From NCBI GenBank assembly GCA_043826505.1, contig JBDRQC010000008.1:114125-178124 (forward strand): DNA of 64,000 bases. The letters are read 5' to 3'. The notes beneath the pieces are model-generated. The model did not search any database. It saw only the letters and a program-made list of their open reading frames with translations, and was not told the origin of the DNA. The stretch's first letter is position 1. Each line of letters begins with the position of its first letter. This stretch comes from Chrysiogenia bacterium (lineage in GTDB: Bacteria; Acidobacteriota; Aminicenantia; UBA2199). Position numbers and translations under genes: made by a program. Positions 1-8,601 of this stretch are shown here, in pieces.

Positions 1-639
1 CTCGGAAAGGACTTCCTTAACCCCCTTGATGAGCATGATCTTTTCAATGAAATCGCGGTTTTTATTTTCAGAAGTACTAAAAATGATCTCAAATTCATAA
101 CCGCCTTCCCTGCGATTCAAACGGGCGCTTGAATAACGAATGTTCAGTTCGGTCAGCACCTGGCGGACATCGACCAGCAGGGACGCTTTTTCTTCGGTAC
201 TGATAAGGTAGATAAAATTTTGCTTTTGCTTTTCCATATAGGCCTGTAGAAATTTGAACACGGTCAGCACAATGACCACAAAAACCGTGACCAGAAGGGC
301 CACCAGATAAAAGCCGCTGCCCACGGCGATGCCGATGGCGGCCACGGTCCAGATGGTGGCCGCGGTGGTCAGGCCGTGAACGGCGAAACGGGCCTGGATG
401 ATGGCTCCGGCCCCCAGGAAACCTATGCCGGAAACTATCTGCGCCGTCAAACGTGCGGGATCTGCGGTCTTGCTCAAGGCGGCGATCTTGAAGGAGAGAA
501 TGGTGATCAGCGTACTGCCGATGGCGATCAGGATATTGGTGCGCAGACCGGCCTCCTTGTGCGACAGTTCCCTTTCCAGACCAATGATCCCTCCCAGCAT
601 GGCCGCCAGCAGGATCTTCAATATGAAATCTATTTCCAT
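1..639 (-). CDS. MgtC/SapB family membrane protein (3' end runs off the window)
   Basis: Not in the ORF track. Manual translation from ATG at 639: MEIDFILKILLAAMLGGIIGLERELSHKEAGLRTNILIAIGS...AQIVSGIGFLGAGAII...HGLTTAATIWTVAAIGIAVGSG, which are MgtC signature motifs. SD GAGGTG upstream. Confidence 0.9.
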   Translation of the reverse strand, partial: MEIDFILKILLAAMLGGIIGLERELSHKEAGLRTNILIAIGSTLITILSFKIAALSKTADPARLTAQIVSGIGFLGAGAIIQARFAVHGLTTAATIWTVAAIGIAVGSGFYLVALLVTVFVVIVLTVFKFLQAYMEKQKQNFIYLISTEEKASLLVDVRQVLTELNIRYSSARLNRREGGYEFEIIFSTSENKNRDFIEKIMLIKGVKEVLSE

Positions 640-643
640 GGCT

Positions 644-1555
644 TCACCTCAACCAAAAAGCGACTAAAAAAACAATCAGTAAAAATAAGGTGTAGAGTGC
701 AAAATAGGGATTTTTCAGCATTTTTTCGGGTTCCTCAGCCGCATCGCGGTCCTGGACTGATTTGTAAATGAAAAAAGCCAGGTAGAAAACAATGAAAGGC
801 AGGGCGAACAAAAATGTTTTCAAGTTCGATTGCAGCGAGAAAATGATGAACAGGGCCAGAAAAAGCAGGGCATTGACGACCATGAAGGATACCAAGCCGC
901 GGCTGCTGTAGCGGCTGAGCGACATGCGGTAAGCCGACGATTCCTCGACGGTCAGGAATTTTTTTTCGGCAACCCTTTTGCCGACCATCAGGAAATTGCC
1001 GAAAGCCCACCACGCCGCCAGCAGGCTCAGCGGCGGGAAACCGGCTGCCAGCACATACCAGCCTATCAGGAAACGGATCGGATTGTTCGCCGATTCCAGA
1101 GTGGAGTCGAGATAAGGGATATCTTTGCAGCGCAGCGGCGGCACATTGTACAGAATTCCAGCCAGCAGCAGGGCAGCCAGCGAGAAAACCAAAGGCAAGC
1201 TGAAAAAGAAATAGGCAAACCCCAGGGCGCCTGCCGTAAGCAAGGCCCAGCAAGTGAGCAGCAAGGGAACGCTGATCTCGTTGCCAACCAGCGGGCGGTG
1301 TTTTTTCCCCGGGTGATAGGCGTCAAACGGCGCGTCGGTGATCTCGTTGATGATGTAATTGGCCGTGGAAACCATCCAGGTCAAAACGAAAGCCAGAATG
1401 ATCTGCAGCGGCAGAAACGGGGACAGGGCGCTGCGCAGCCAGTCGGGATGGACCAAAAAAACGGCGGCGGAACCTATGATGATTGCCGTGCTGCGCGGCC
1501 AACGGTCCAGCCGCAGCGAAGCTATATACAGGCTACCTTTGTTTCTTTTTGGCAT
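644..1555 (-). CDS. UbiA prenyltransferase family protein (decaprenyl-phosphate phosphoribosyltransferase-like)
   Basis: Multi-TM protein with NYIINEITDAPFDAYHPGKKHRPL (UbiA NxxxDxxxD...HPxKxxRP motif) and a YNVPPLRCKDIPYLD second motif. Confidence 0.8.
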   Translation of the reverse strand: MPKRNKGSLYIASLRLDRWPRSTAIIIGSAAVFLVHPDWLRSALSPFLPLQIILAFVLTWMVSTANYIINEITDAPFDAYHPGKKHRPLVGNEISVPLLLTCWALLTAGALGFAYFFFSLPLVFSLAALLLAGILYNVPPLRCKDIPYLDSTLESANNPIRFLIGWYVLAAGFPPLSLLAAWWAFGNFLMVGKRVAEKKFLTVEESSAYRMSLSRYSSRGLVSFMVVNALLFLALFIIFSLQSNLKTFLFALPFIVFYLAFFIYKSVQDRDAAEEPEKMLKNPYFALYTLFLLIVFLVAFWLR

Positions 1556-2426
1556 AGATTTCCCAGGAATCCGCTAATTGCAGTTTCAAGTGTAGCTTTT
1601 TCAGCCACGTTTGTAAAGCCTTTCCTTTCAAGAAGGGCAGTAATCGGGTCACCAGGTAATAGGCGGAAAAATTCCAGGCGAACCGCTTGCGCAGGACGAT
1701 CTCAAAACCGTGTTTTTCCAAAAGCCAAGCCAAAGAACGGCTGTTAAAAAAATTGAGATGGGCGACACGGTAATGCCACCAGCGGCCGCCCATGATCCTG
1801 GCCGCCAGGCTGCCAATATCCGGAGTGACAATGACCAGCATTCCGCCCGGAGCCAGAAAACCGTTCAGATTCTTTAAAAAAGTGCCGGGATCAGTTACAT
1901 GTTCCAGCACGTCGAGCAAAGTGATAACCGCGAATTTTGCATTAGTGCAGAATTTTTCCGCAGTGCCGCAAAACAGTTTCAGACCGTATAGCCTCTCGGC
2001 GTCGGCGACAAGCGCCATGGATGGTTCAATGCCCTCAACCCTGTAGCCCGCTTCCCGGGCCAAGTTTAAAAAAATTCCGCTGGCCGCCCCGACATCCAGA
2101 AGCAGAGAACCCGGCGGCGCGTGCGGAAGCAGTCTCTGCAAAATAGCCGTAAAATTTCGGCCGCGGCCCGCGCTTTCCTGGCTATACTCTTCATCGGCCA
2201 AGTTCGCGTAAAATTCGGTGATGGTTTCCTGGGCCGGGCAAGGATTGGCAAAAACAAAACCGCAACTCGAACAGGAGAAAAATGTCCAGCGCAACCCATA
2301 GTGGCTGTCGGTGATCTTAAAATCAGTGCCGCTGAGCTTATCCGGAGCAACCGTTCCTTTTATAAAAAGCGAGATTTGCTTACTTTGGCAGAGTGGGCAA
2401 TTGTCAATGGACTGGAGCCGGATCAT
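1533..2426 (-). CDS. Class I SAM-dependent methyltransferase with N-terminal Cys motifs
   Basis: LLDVGAASG motif I and LLDVLEHV motif. N-terminal CPLC...CSSCG zinc-like cysteines. Confidence 0.8.
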   Translation of the reverse strand: MIRLQSIDNCPLCQSKQISLFIKGTVAPDKLSGTDFKITDSHYGLRWTFFSCSSCGFVFANPCPAQETITEFYANLADEEYSQESAGRGRNFTAILQRLLPHAPPGSLLLDVGAASGIFLNLAREAGYRVEGIEPSMALVADAERLYGLKLFCGTAEKFCTNAKFAVITLLDVLEHVTDPGTFLKNLNGFLAPGGMLVIVTPDIGSLAARIMGGRWWHYRVAHLNFFNSRSLAWLLEKHGFEIVLRKRFAWNFSAYYLVTRLLPFLKGKALQTWLKKLHLKLQLADSWEIYAKKKQR

Positions 2427-2431
2427 GATGT

Positions 2432-4615
2432 TTACGATTTATCGGGCTCAGTCTCCGCTGCCAGCAACGAGCTACGTTCGGGATAGAATTTCCTAATCCA
2501 GAATTCGAGGGCTGCTTTTCTGAATTCGTTCGCTTTAATACCGCGTACGCCGTGGCGCTCGCCCGGATAAACCATGAGTTCAGCTGTTTTCCCCAGGTCC
2601 AATATGCCGTCCAGTAATAGCAAGGTGTTCTGCATGTGGACGTTGTCATCCATACTGCCGTGGGTCAAGCGCAGACCGCCGCGGTAGGTCGACAGATGCG
2701 TAAGCACCGAAGCCTGGCGGTAACCTTCAGGATTCTCGGTTGGCAGGTCCATAAATCTTTCGGTGTAGACCGAATCGTACAGTGACCAATCGCTGACGGC
2801 AAAGTCGGCAATGCCGCAGGCGAACAAATCGGGAGCCGCGGCAAGGGCCAGGGCGGCGACATAGCCGCCGTAGCTACCGCCAGTAATGCCGATCTTTTTA
2901 CCATCGACAAAAGGCAGACCGCGCAGATATGCGACCGCACTGCTGTAATCGGCGATCTCCCATTTTCCCAAACAGCGGTGCATTGCTGCCATCGCCTGCT
3001 TGCCGAAATGGCCCGAACCGCGGTGATCAACTTTCAGCACGATGATCCCCTGCTGGGCCAGGAAATAATCATCCAAGCGGCGGGGGAAAGCATCCGTTGC
3101 CGAGCGGCTACCAGGGCCCCCGTACACGGACAATACGACAGGATATTTTTTTTCTGCACTGAAATCGGCAGGCAGATACCAGACGGCCGGCAATTGCAGG
3201 CCGTCGCCGGCCGGAATTTTGAATATCTCCACCTTGCCCAGGGCGACGCGTCGCAAAGCGGGAGTTGCGCTTTCACCCAAGCGGCGCCGAACGCCGCCAT
3301 CGCGGGAGCACAGTTGCAATATGGCTGGTTGCTGCAGTGATGAAAAGCGGTCAAGAAAATATGAACCCGCCTTGGAGAAAGTCACACTGTGAGTTCCGTA
3401 AAGACGGGTCAGGCGCCGTGGGGGGGCGCCATTGAAGGACACCCGATAAAGGTCGGTCCGGGCCGAACTTTCCTTATCGGCGCTGACAAATGCCAGCCCC
3501 TTTTTCTCATCCACGAATTCGATCCGGCTCACCGACCACTGGCCGCTGGTGATCATCTTCTCCATGCCATTGGCGGATACTCGGTACAAGTGATTCCAGC
3601 CGCTCTTGCTGCTCAGCAGCAGAAAACCTCCGTTCGTCAATGGTTGAAAATCCGCAGAATCAAGAAAATCCACCCAGGCCTTTTGCTTTTCGTGATAGAC
3701 CAGGCGCAATTTTTTTTCAGCCAGCGTGTATTCATAGACGCGAGATTCATCCTGCCCGCGGTTCAGCCACTGCAGATAAAATCCTTTTCCGTCAGGGGTC
3801 CAATCCAGAAATGTAAGGTAATGGTCTACTTGCACCGGAAAAGAGATCCATTCCGTATGTCGGCCGGCCAGGTCGATCACGCCTATTTTCACGTCCGGAT
3901 TGGGAAAGCCGGGCTTGGGATATCGTTGCATTTCCAGGCGGCCATAAGTCCCGGGAGCATCGAAGAGCGGGAACTGCGGTACCCGGCTCTGGTCAAAGCG
4001 CAGAAAAGCGATCCTGCTGCTGTCGGGGCTCCAATTGAAGGCCCGGTAGCGGCTGCCACGGCCCAGGATCTCCTCATAATAGACCCAGGAGGCGTAGCCG
4101 TTGAGGATCTCCTCGCTGCCGTCAAAGGTCAATTGTCCGGGAACGCCCGCGACTGTGTCGCAAACGAAGAGGTTGCCGCCTGCTGTATAGGCCAGGAAAC
4201 GGCCATCAGGAGAAAAGGTGGGATTTTCCTCAGCCGCCGCCGTAGACGTAACGCGACGGATGGTTCCCGATTTTTTTTGGAATAAATAAATATCGCCCGC
4301 GTCGAGAAATGCCATTTGGGAATAATCGGCAGTATGGTCGGCGGGCTTTAGAAAGTTCAGGTTTGCCGGATTCTTCATTTTGAGGGCCTGGGGGTCAAAC
4401 CGCAGCTGCGAACGGCCGCTTCGGGCATCGACCAGGAATATTTTCCCGTCGCGCGTTTCAAAAAAACTGGCGTCATCGAGCCAGCCGGATATGACCGGCA
4501 AGGTCCGCAGCAACACATCGCCCTTGCTGGGATAAACCTGCTCAAAAGTCAGTTTTTTCAATTCCCCGGCGTTCAGGCTGAAGCTTAAAACCAGCAGGAG
4601 AAAAAGTAATCTCAT
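2432..4615 (-). CDS. S9 family dipeptidyl peptidase IV-like protein, secreted
   Basis: Signal peptide, DPPIV_N propeller (NGYASWVYYEE), catalytic GGSYGG Ser, DDNVH Asp, RHG His. Confidence 0.9.
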   Translation of the reverse strand: MRLLFLLLVLSFSLNAGELKKLTFEQVYPSKGDVLLRTLPVISGWLDDASFFETRDGKIFLVDARSGRSQLRFDPQALKMKNPANLNFLKPADHTADYSQMAFLDAGDIYLFQKKSGTIRRVTSTAAAEENPTFSPDGRFLAYTAGGNLFVCDTVAGVPGQLTFDGSEEILNGYASWVYYEEILGRGSRYRAFNWSPDSSRIAFLRFDQSRVPQFPLFDAPGTYGRLEMQRYPKPGFPNPDVKIGVIDLAGRHTEWISFPVQVDHYLTFLDWTPDGKGFYLQWLNRGQDESRVYEYTLAEKKLRLVYHEKQKAWVDFLDSADFQPLTNGGFLLLSSKSGWNHLYRVSANGMEKMITSGQWSVSRIEFVDEKKGLAFVSADKESSARTDLYRVSFNGAPPRRLTRLYGTHSVTFSKAGSYFLDRFSSLQQPAILQLCSRDGGVRRRLGESATPALRRVALGKVEIFKIPAGDGLQLPAVWYLPADFSAEKKYPVVLSVYGGPGSRSATDAFPRRLDDYFLAQQGIIVLKVDHRGSGHFGKQAMAAMHRCLGKWEIADYSSAVAYLRGLPFVDGKKIGITGGSYGGYVAALALAAAPDLFACGIADFAVSDWSLYDSVYTERFMDLPTENPEGYRQASVLTHLSTYRGGLRLTHGSMDDNVHMQNTLLLLDGILDLGKTAELMVYPGERHGVRGIKANEFRKAALEFWIRKFYPERSSLLAAETEPDKS

Positions 4616-4686
4616 TATATGGCCTCCACTAAATATTTTTCAGTTCGAATATTCAGAAAACGCACCGTGGCAGCGGTCGCGGCCCA

Positions 4687-5958
4687 TCAGATGACAAAGC
4701 CATTGGGGATTTCCATGTCTTTGGGAATAACGGTGATGCCATCCACAATGTTATATCGCTCATGGGCGAAATTCATCAGACCTTTTTCGTTCAACATGCG
4801 CACCCCGTCGCCGATGCGCACATTCTTGTCCAATATGGCGTTGCGGATGATGCAATTCTGACCAATGCCGACATGACAGCGCCCGCGCTGGGCATTATCC
4901 GTTTTCTCTTCCAAACTCTCATAGAAATCCGCACCCATCATAACCACCCTTTCCAGGTATGTATTGGCGCGAATGAGCGAGCGGGTACCGATGATGGTAT
5001 TGCTCAATTTGCTGCCTTCAATGATCGAACCGTCGGAGATCAATGAGTAATGGACGTCGCAGTGTTCGATCTTACTGCCGGGTAAAAAACGTTTGCGGGT
5101 GAAGATCGGAGTGTTTTCATTGTAAAAATCGAAATGCGGGAAAGGGTTGGCGAAATCCAGGTTGGCTTCGAAAAAAGCCTTAATGGTTCCAATGTCTTCC
5201 CAGTAGTCGTTGAACACATAAGCGAACACCTGGCTTTCAGCGAGAGCGTCGGGAATGACCTCGCGCCCGAAGTCCTCCTTGACATTGTGTTCCAGAAGAT
5301 CGATCAATACATCCTTTTTAAATATGTAAATGCCCATGGAAGCTATATAATTAAGATTATTTTCCTTGATATCCAGATAGGTATTCGGCGTGAACAGTTC
5401 ATCGAGCAGGGCATTTGTCTTGGGTTTTTCCACAAATTTTACAATACGCAGAAGGTCGTTGATCTGCAAAATGCCGAAATCCCCGGCTTGTTCACGCAGA
5501 ACCGGCTTGACGGCAATGGTAATATCGGCTTTTTTTTCCTTATGATAATTCATGAAATCAAGCAAATTGATGCGGTACAACTGGTCTCCGGAGAGCACCA
5601 CGACGTGTTCGACTTTTTGGTGCTTGATGTAATGTATGTTTTTGCGTACGGCGTCGGCCGTTCCCTGATACCAGTTGGAATCCTCGATGGTCTGTTGGGC
5701 GGCGAGTATTTGCAAAAAACCATCCGAAAAGCCGTCGAAACGGTAGGATTGCGAAATGTGACGATGAAGGGAAGCGGTATTGAATTGGGTCAGAACCATT
5801 ATTTTTCTGATGTTCCAATGCAAACAATTGGATATGGGGATGTCGATTAGGCGAAATTTTCCACCGATTGGTACTGCCGGCTTGGCCCTGAACTTGGTCA
5901 AAGGATACAGCCGTGTGCCCCTTCCGCCTCCCAATATCACAGCCAGTACGTTTTTCAT
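4687..5958 (-). CDS. glgC: Glucose-1-phosphate adenylyltransferase
   Basis: ILGGGRGTRLYPLTKFRAKPAVPIGGKFRLIDIP, WYQGTADAV, FVEKP, YWEDIGT. True start most likely MKNVLAV at 5958 rather than the ORF-track 6102. Confidence 0.95.
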   Translation of the reverse strand: MKNVLAVILGGGRGTRLYPLTKFRAKPAVPIGGKFRLIDIPISNCLHWNIRKIMVLTQFNTASLHRHISQSYRFDGFSDGFLQILAAQQTIEDSNWYQGTADAVRKNIHYIKHQKVEHVVVLSGDQLYRINLLDFMNYHKEKKADITIAVKPVLREQAGDFGILQINDLLRIVKFVEKPKTNALLDELFTPNTYLDIKENNLNYIASMGIYIFKKDVLIDLLEHNVKEDFGREVIPDALAESQVFAYVFNDYWEDIGTIKAFFEANLDFANPFPHFDFYNENTPIFTRKRFLPGSKIEHCDVHYSLISDGSIIEGSKLSNTIIGTRSLIRANTYLERVVMMGADFYESLEEKTDNAQRGRCHVGIGQNCIIRNAILDKNVRIGDGVRMLNEKGLMNFAHERYNIVDGITVIPKDMEIPNGFVI

Positions 5959-5964
5959 GGTTCC

Positions 5965-5993
5965 ATAATAATTTTCAATCAAAAAATTGTCAA
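5965..5993 (-). promoter_or_regulatory. sigma70-type promoter of glgC, leaderless
   Basis: Minus strand TTGACA (5993-5988), 17 bp, TATTAT (5970-5965), then 6 nt to ATG at 5958. Confidence 0.75.
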
Positions 5994-6039
5994 TATAATA
6001 GTTAAATGGAATCAGGCAAGCCGGCAACTCAGCAGGAAA

Positions 6040-6201
6040 AGGTTCGAAGTTGAAGAAAATCGAAAAAGTTGAAGAGTTAAAGGGTTTGAGTAAAATGTTC
6101 AAATTATTTCAGTATTTTAACTCATTAACCCTTCAACCCTTTTGCCCTTAAACAAAGGCTTATTCTAAAACTTCGAACCTCGAACGTCGAACTTCGAACC
6201 T
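6040..6201. repeat. Intergenic inverted repeat with (N)TCGAAC heptamer arm
   Basis: AGGTTCGAAGTT (6040-6051) is complementary to AACTTCGAACCT (6169-6180 and 6190-6201). Right arm is four heptamer units. Inner arms are of the AAGGGTT/AACCCTT type. Confidence 0.7.
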
Positions 6202-6886
6202 ATGTGATCTCTTCCAGCTTGCCCCCGTGCAAAAGATATTTCCTGTCGGCCAATGCCGCCAGCTGCGGGTTGTGGGTGGCGATGACGGCACTGAGTCCAC
6301 GTTCACGGATCATGCGCTTGAGTACGGCAAATACACCTTCCCCGGTTTTCCAATCCAGACTGCCGGTGGGCTCGTCTGCCAGTAGCAGCCGCGGACCGTT
6401 GACCAGGCTGCGGGCGATGGCCGCGCGCTGCTTTTCTCCCCCGGACAATTGGTATGGCATGGCCTCAAGCTTGTCCTGCAGGCCGACCTCGCCAAGCAGA
6501 TCTTGAGCGGTGGAAAAAGCCAGTTCACGATTGAATTCCTGGATCAATCCCGGTGCAGCCACATTTTCACTGACTGTCAGTTCGGGCATCAGGTAATGGA
6601 ATTGAAAAACGAATCCGATGTCCCGGTTGCGATAAACGGCCAGCCGCTTGCGACTGAAGGCACCGATATCCTGTCCGGCGAAACACACCTGTCCGCGATC
6701 CGGAGAATCCAGAGATCCCAACAGGTGCAGCAGGGTGCTTTTCCCGGAACCGGAGGCACCGGTTATGGCCACTACGCTCCCCTTCTCTACACGCAGGTCG
6801 AGGCTCTGCAGAATGACCAGCCTTTTTTTGTCTGGTTGGGTGAAACTCTTCTCGATATCCAGTGCTTGCAGAATAATATCCGCCAT
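6200..6886 (-). CDS. ABC transporter ATP-binding protein, LolD/MacB-like
   Basis: GASGSGKS Walker A, LSGGEKQR signature, LLADEPTGSLD, IATHN. SD GGGAGG. Confidence 0.9.
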   Translation of the reverse strand: MADIILQALDIEKSFTQPDKKRLVILQSLDLRVEKGSVVAITGASGSGKSTLLHLLGSLDSPDRGQVCFAGQDIGAFSRKRLAVYRNRDIGFVFQFHYLMPELTVSENVAAPGLIQEFNRELAFSTAQDLLGEVGLQDKLEAMPYQLSGGEKQRAAIARSLVNGPRLLLADEPTGSLDWKTGEGVFAVLKRMIRERGLSAVIATHNPQLAALADRKYLLHGGKLEEIT

Positions 6887-6898
6887 GCTGCCTCCCGG

Positions 6899-7384
6899 TC
6901 AACGTCCGCTTGGCAAAACCGCCACCACGGCGTGTAAATGCGACCGCCAGTATTCGTTCAGAGTCTCAAATCTGACCCATCCTTCCGCATTGGGAGCGTG
7001 GACAAAGCGATTATTGCCAATATAGATTGCCGAATGCCAAATCTTTTTCAGCTTAAAAACCAAAATATCCCCGGGAGCGGCGAACTTAAACTTGACGGCG
7101 CCTTTGATCCGGGCCTGTTCGCGGGCACTGCGCGGCAAGCGTATGCCAAAACAATCATAAACGTAGAAGACCAGGCCGCTGCAGTCAAAGCCGTCGATAT
7201 CGCTGCCGCCGTACACATAGGGGATGCCTGCCAGGTTTTGAGCCAGACCGACAATCTGTCGGCGCAAGACATTCCGGGCCTGCGGTTCTGTCATTATCGC
7301 GCATGCTGAACAGGCCAGCAGCAAAATAAAGGAAAAATGAAACTGGCTTTTCACTTGTTTCCGGCACATCCGGATATGATTCAT
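6899..7384 (-). CDS. NlpC/P60 (C40) cell-wall peptidase, probable lipoprotein
   Basis: GIPYVYGG...GFDCSGLV, HSAIYIG...FVHA, LLLACSAC lipobox-like. Start uncertain. Confidence 0.85.
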   Translation of the reverse strand: MNHIRMCRKQVKSQFHFSFILLLACSACAIMTEPQARNVLRRQIVGLAQNLAGIPYVYGGSDIDGFDCSGLVFYVYDCFGIRLPRSAREQARIKGAVKFKFAAPGDILVFKLKKIWHSAIYIGNNRFVHAPNAEGWVRFETLNEYWRSHLHAVVAVLPSGR

Positions 7385-7421
7385 ATGGACATGTCCTTAA
7401 TTTCGGCCGGGATCATGAATT

Positions 7422-7503
7422 TGCGAAAGGGGGGACTCGAACCCCCAAGCCTCGCGGCACCAGATCCTAAGTCTGACGTGTCTGCCAATTCCACCACTTT
7501 CGC
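7422..7503 (-). tRNA. tRNA-Leu (anticodon TAG), CCA not encoded
   Basis: Minus strand GCGAAAGTGGTGGAATTGGCAGACACGTCAGACTTAGGATCTGGTGCCGCGAGGCTTGGGGGTTCGAGTCCCCCCTTTCGCA: acceptor stem, D arm, CT-TAG-GA loop, long variable arm, GTTCGAGT T loop. Confidence 0.95.
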
Positions 7504-7517
7504 GCCCGCTCAAAGCG

Positions 7518-7546
7518 AAAATATCATCATTCGCCGGGGTTGTCAA
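7518..7546 (-). promoter_or_regulatory. sigma70-type promoter of tRNA-Leu
   Basis: TTGACA (7546-7541), 17 bp, TATTTT (7523-7518), just upstream of the tRNA 5' end. Confidence 0.6.
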
Positions 7547-7597
7547 ATCACAGTCAAGCTTATTTTCCGGACCTGGAACGAGAAATATGCAGGCAAT

Positions 7598-7626
7598 TTG
7601 ACAAAGAAAAAGTCATTTGTTATGGT
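7598..7626 (+). promoter_or_regulatory. sigma70-type promoter of the solute-binding protein gene
   Basis: TTGACA (7598-7603), 17 bp, TATGGT (7621-7626) with TG extension. Confidence 0.6.
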
Positions 7627-7654
7627 TACTACAAGTCATGTTAGGGAGGTCAGA

Positions 7655-8497
7655 ATGTCAAAAACAATATTCGGGCTTAACAGGACCTTATTGGGAACCT
7701 TCCTGGTATTCTGCCTGCTCGGCTTCTTCTGGCAAGCGGGCTGCGGAATGCAGACCCAGGAGATCAGCAAGAAATCAGGCAAGCTGGAAAAGATCAAGGC
7801 TGCCGGCAAGATCGTGGTCGGCACCAGCAGCGACTATCCGCCCTACGAATTCCACCTGCTCCCCGAACTTGAAGACGATATGGTCGGCATCGATATCGAC
7901 ATTGCCGAAGCCATCGCCGCCAACTTGAATGTCACTCTGGAGATCAGGGATATTGTTTTCAGCCAGTTGTTCGATGAATTGATCGCCGAGCGCATCGACC
8001 TGGCCCTGGCAGGACTGAGTCCCACCGAAAGCCGCAAGCTGGTCGCCGATTTTTCTATCCCCTATTATCAGGCCATCCAGAATATGCTTATCCGGACCGA
8101 GGACAAGGACAGGATCAAACAGTTGGAAGACCTGCGCGGCAAGGTGGTGGGAACGCAGTCAGGGTCGATCCAGGAAGACATGGCCCGCAAATCGATCAGC
8201 GGTGCCACCTTTTTCTTTCACGAAAGCATCAGCGAGTTGATCAACGCCCTGCGCCTGAAGAAGCTCGACGCAGTCATTTTGGAAAAACCGGTGGCCGATG
8301 CCTATGCCTTCACCAATAAGGACATAATAAACATGGAATGCAGCACCGACGCCATGCCCCTGGGCTCGGCCATCGCGGTAAAAAAAAGCGACAAGGACCT
8401 TTTGGATCGGGTCAACCAGATACTGGCTGATCTGATCAGGGAAAACAAGATCACCGAATTCGTCCAGGACGCCAAGGTGCTCACCGACAAGATTTAG
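7655..8497 (+). CDS. Polar amino-acid ABC transporter substrate-binding protein (family 3)
   Basis: VGTSSDYPPYEF, GIDIDIAEAIA, TESRKLVADFSIPYY, VGTQSGSIQE. Start MSKTIF after SD GGGAGG. Confidence 0.9.
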   Translation: MSKTIFGLNRTLLGTFLVFCLLGFFWQAGCGMQTQEISKKSGKLEKIKAAGKIVVGTSSDYPPYEFHLLPELEDDMVGIDIDIAEAIAANLNVTLEIRDIVFSQLFDELIAERIDLALAGLSPTESRKLVADFSIPYYQAIQNMLIRTEDKDRIKQLEDLRGKVVGTQSGSIQEDMARKSISGATFFFHESISELINALRLKKLDAVILEKPVADAYAFTNKDIINMECSTDAMPLGSAIAVKKSDKDLLDRVNQILADLIRENKITEFVQDAKVLTDKI

Positions 8498-8601
8498 AAT
8501 TTTTTCGATCGGCGCCTGCCGCTGAAAATCGGGTCAGATTCAGAAAATGCTTTCAGTTGCAAGTCAACAAAAAGGGATTTCAATAAGGAGTGCACACCAG
8601 C

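Noticed and set aside
5959-6102. N-terminal extensions of glgC (and of ispD 54153-54563, purF 16176-16253, SBP 7337-7654) in the ORF track
   Set aside because: They overlap promoters, repeats or the tRNA; family N-termini begin at the downstream starts.
7374-7396. Short palindromes ATATGA-T-TCATAT and GGACATGTCC
   Set aside because: Too short to exceed chance, and not repeated.
7384-7503. tRNA-Leu as an integration site for an island
   Set aside because: No duplicated tRNA 3' end, integrase or cargo genes are visible nearby.
7655-8497. Orphan amino-acid binding protein as a novelty
   Set aside because: Stand-alone family 3 binding proteins are common.
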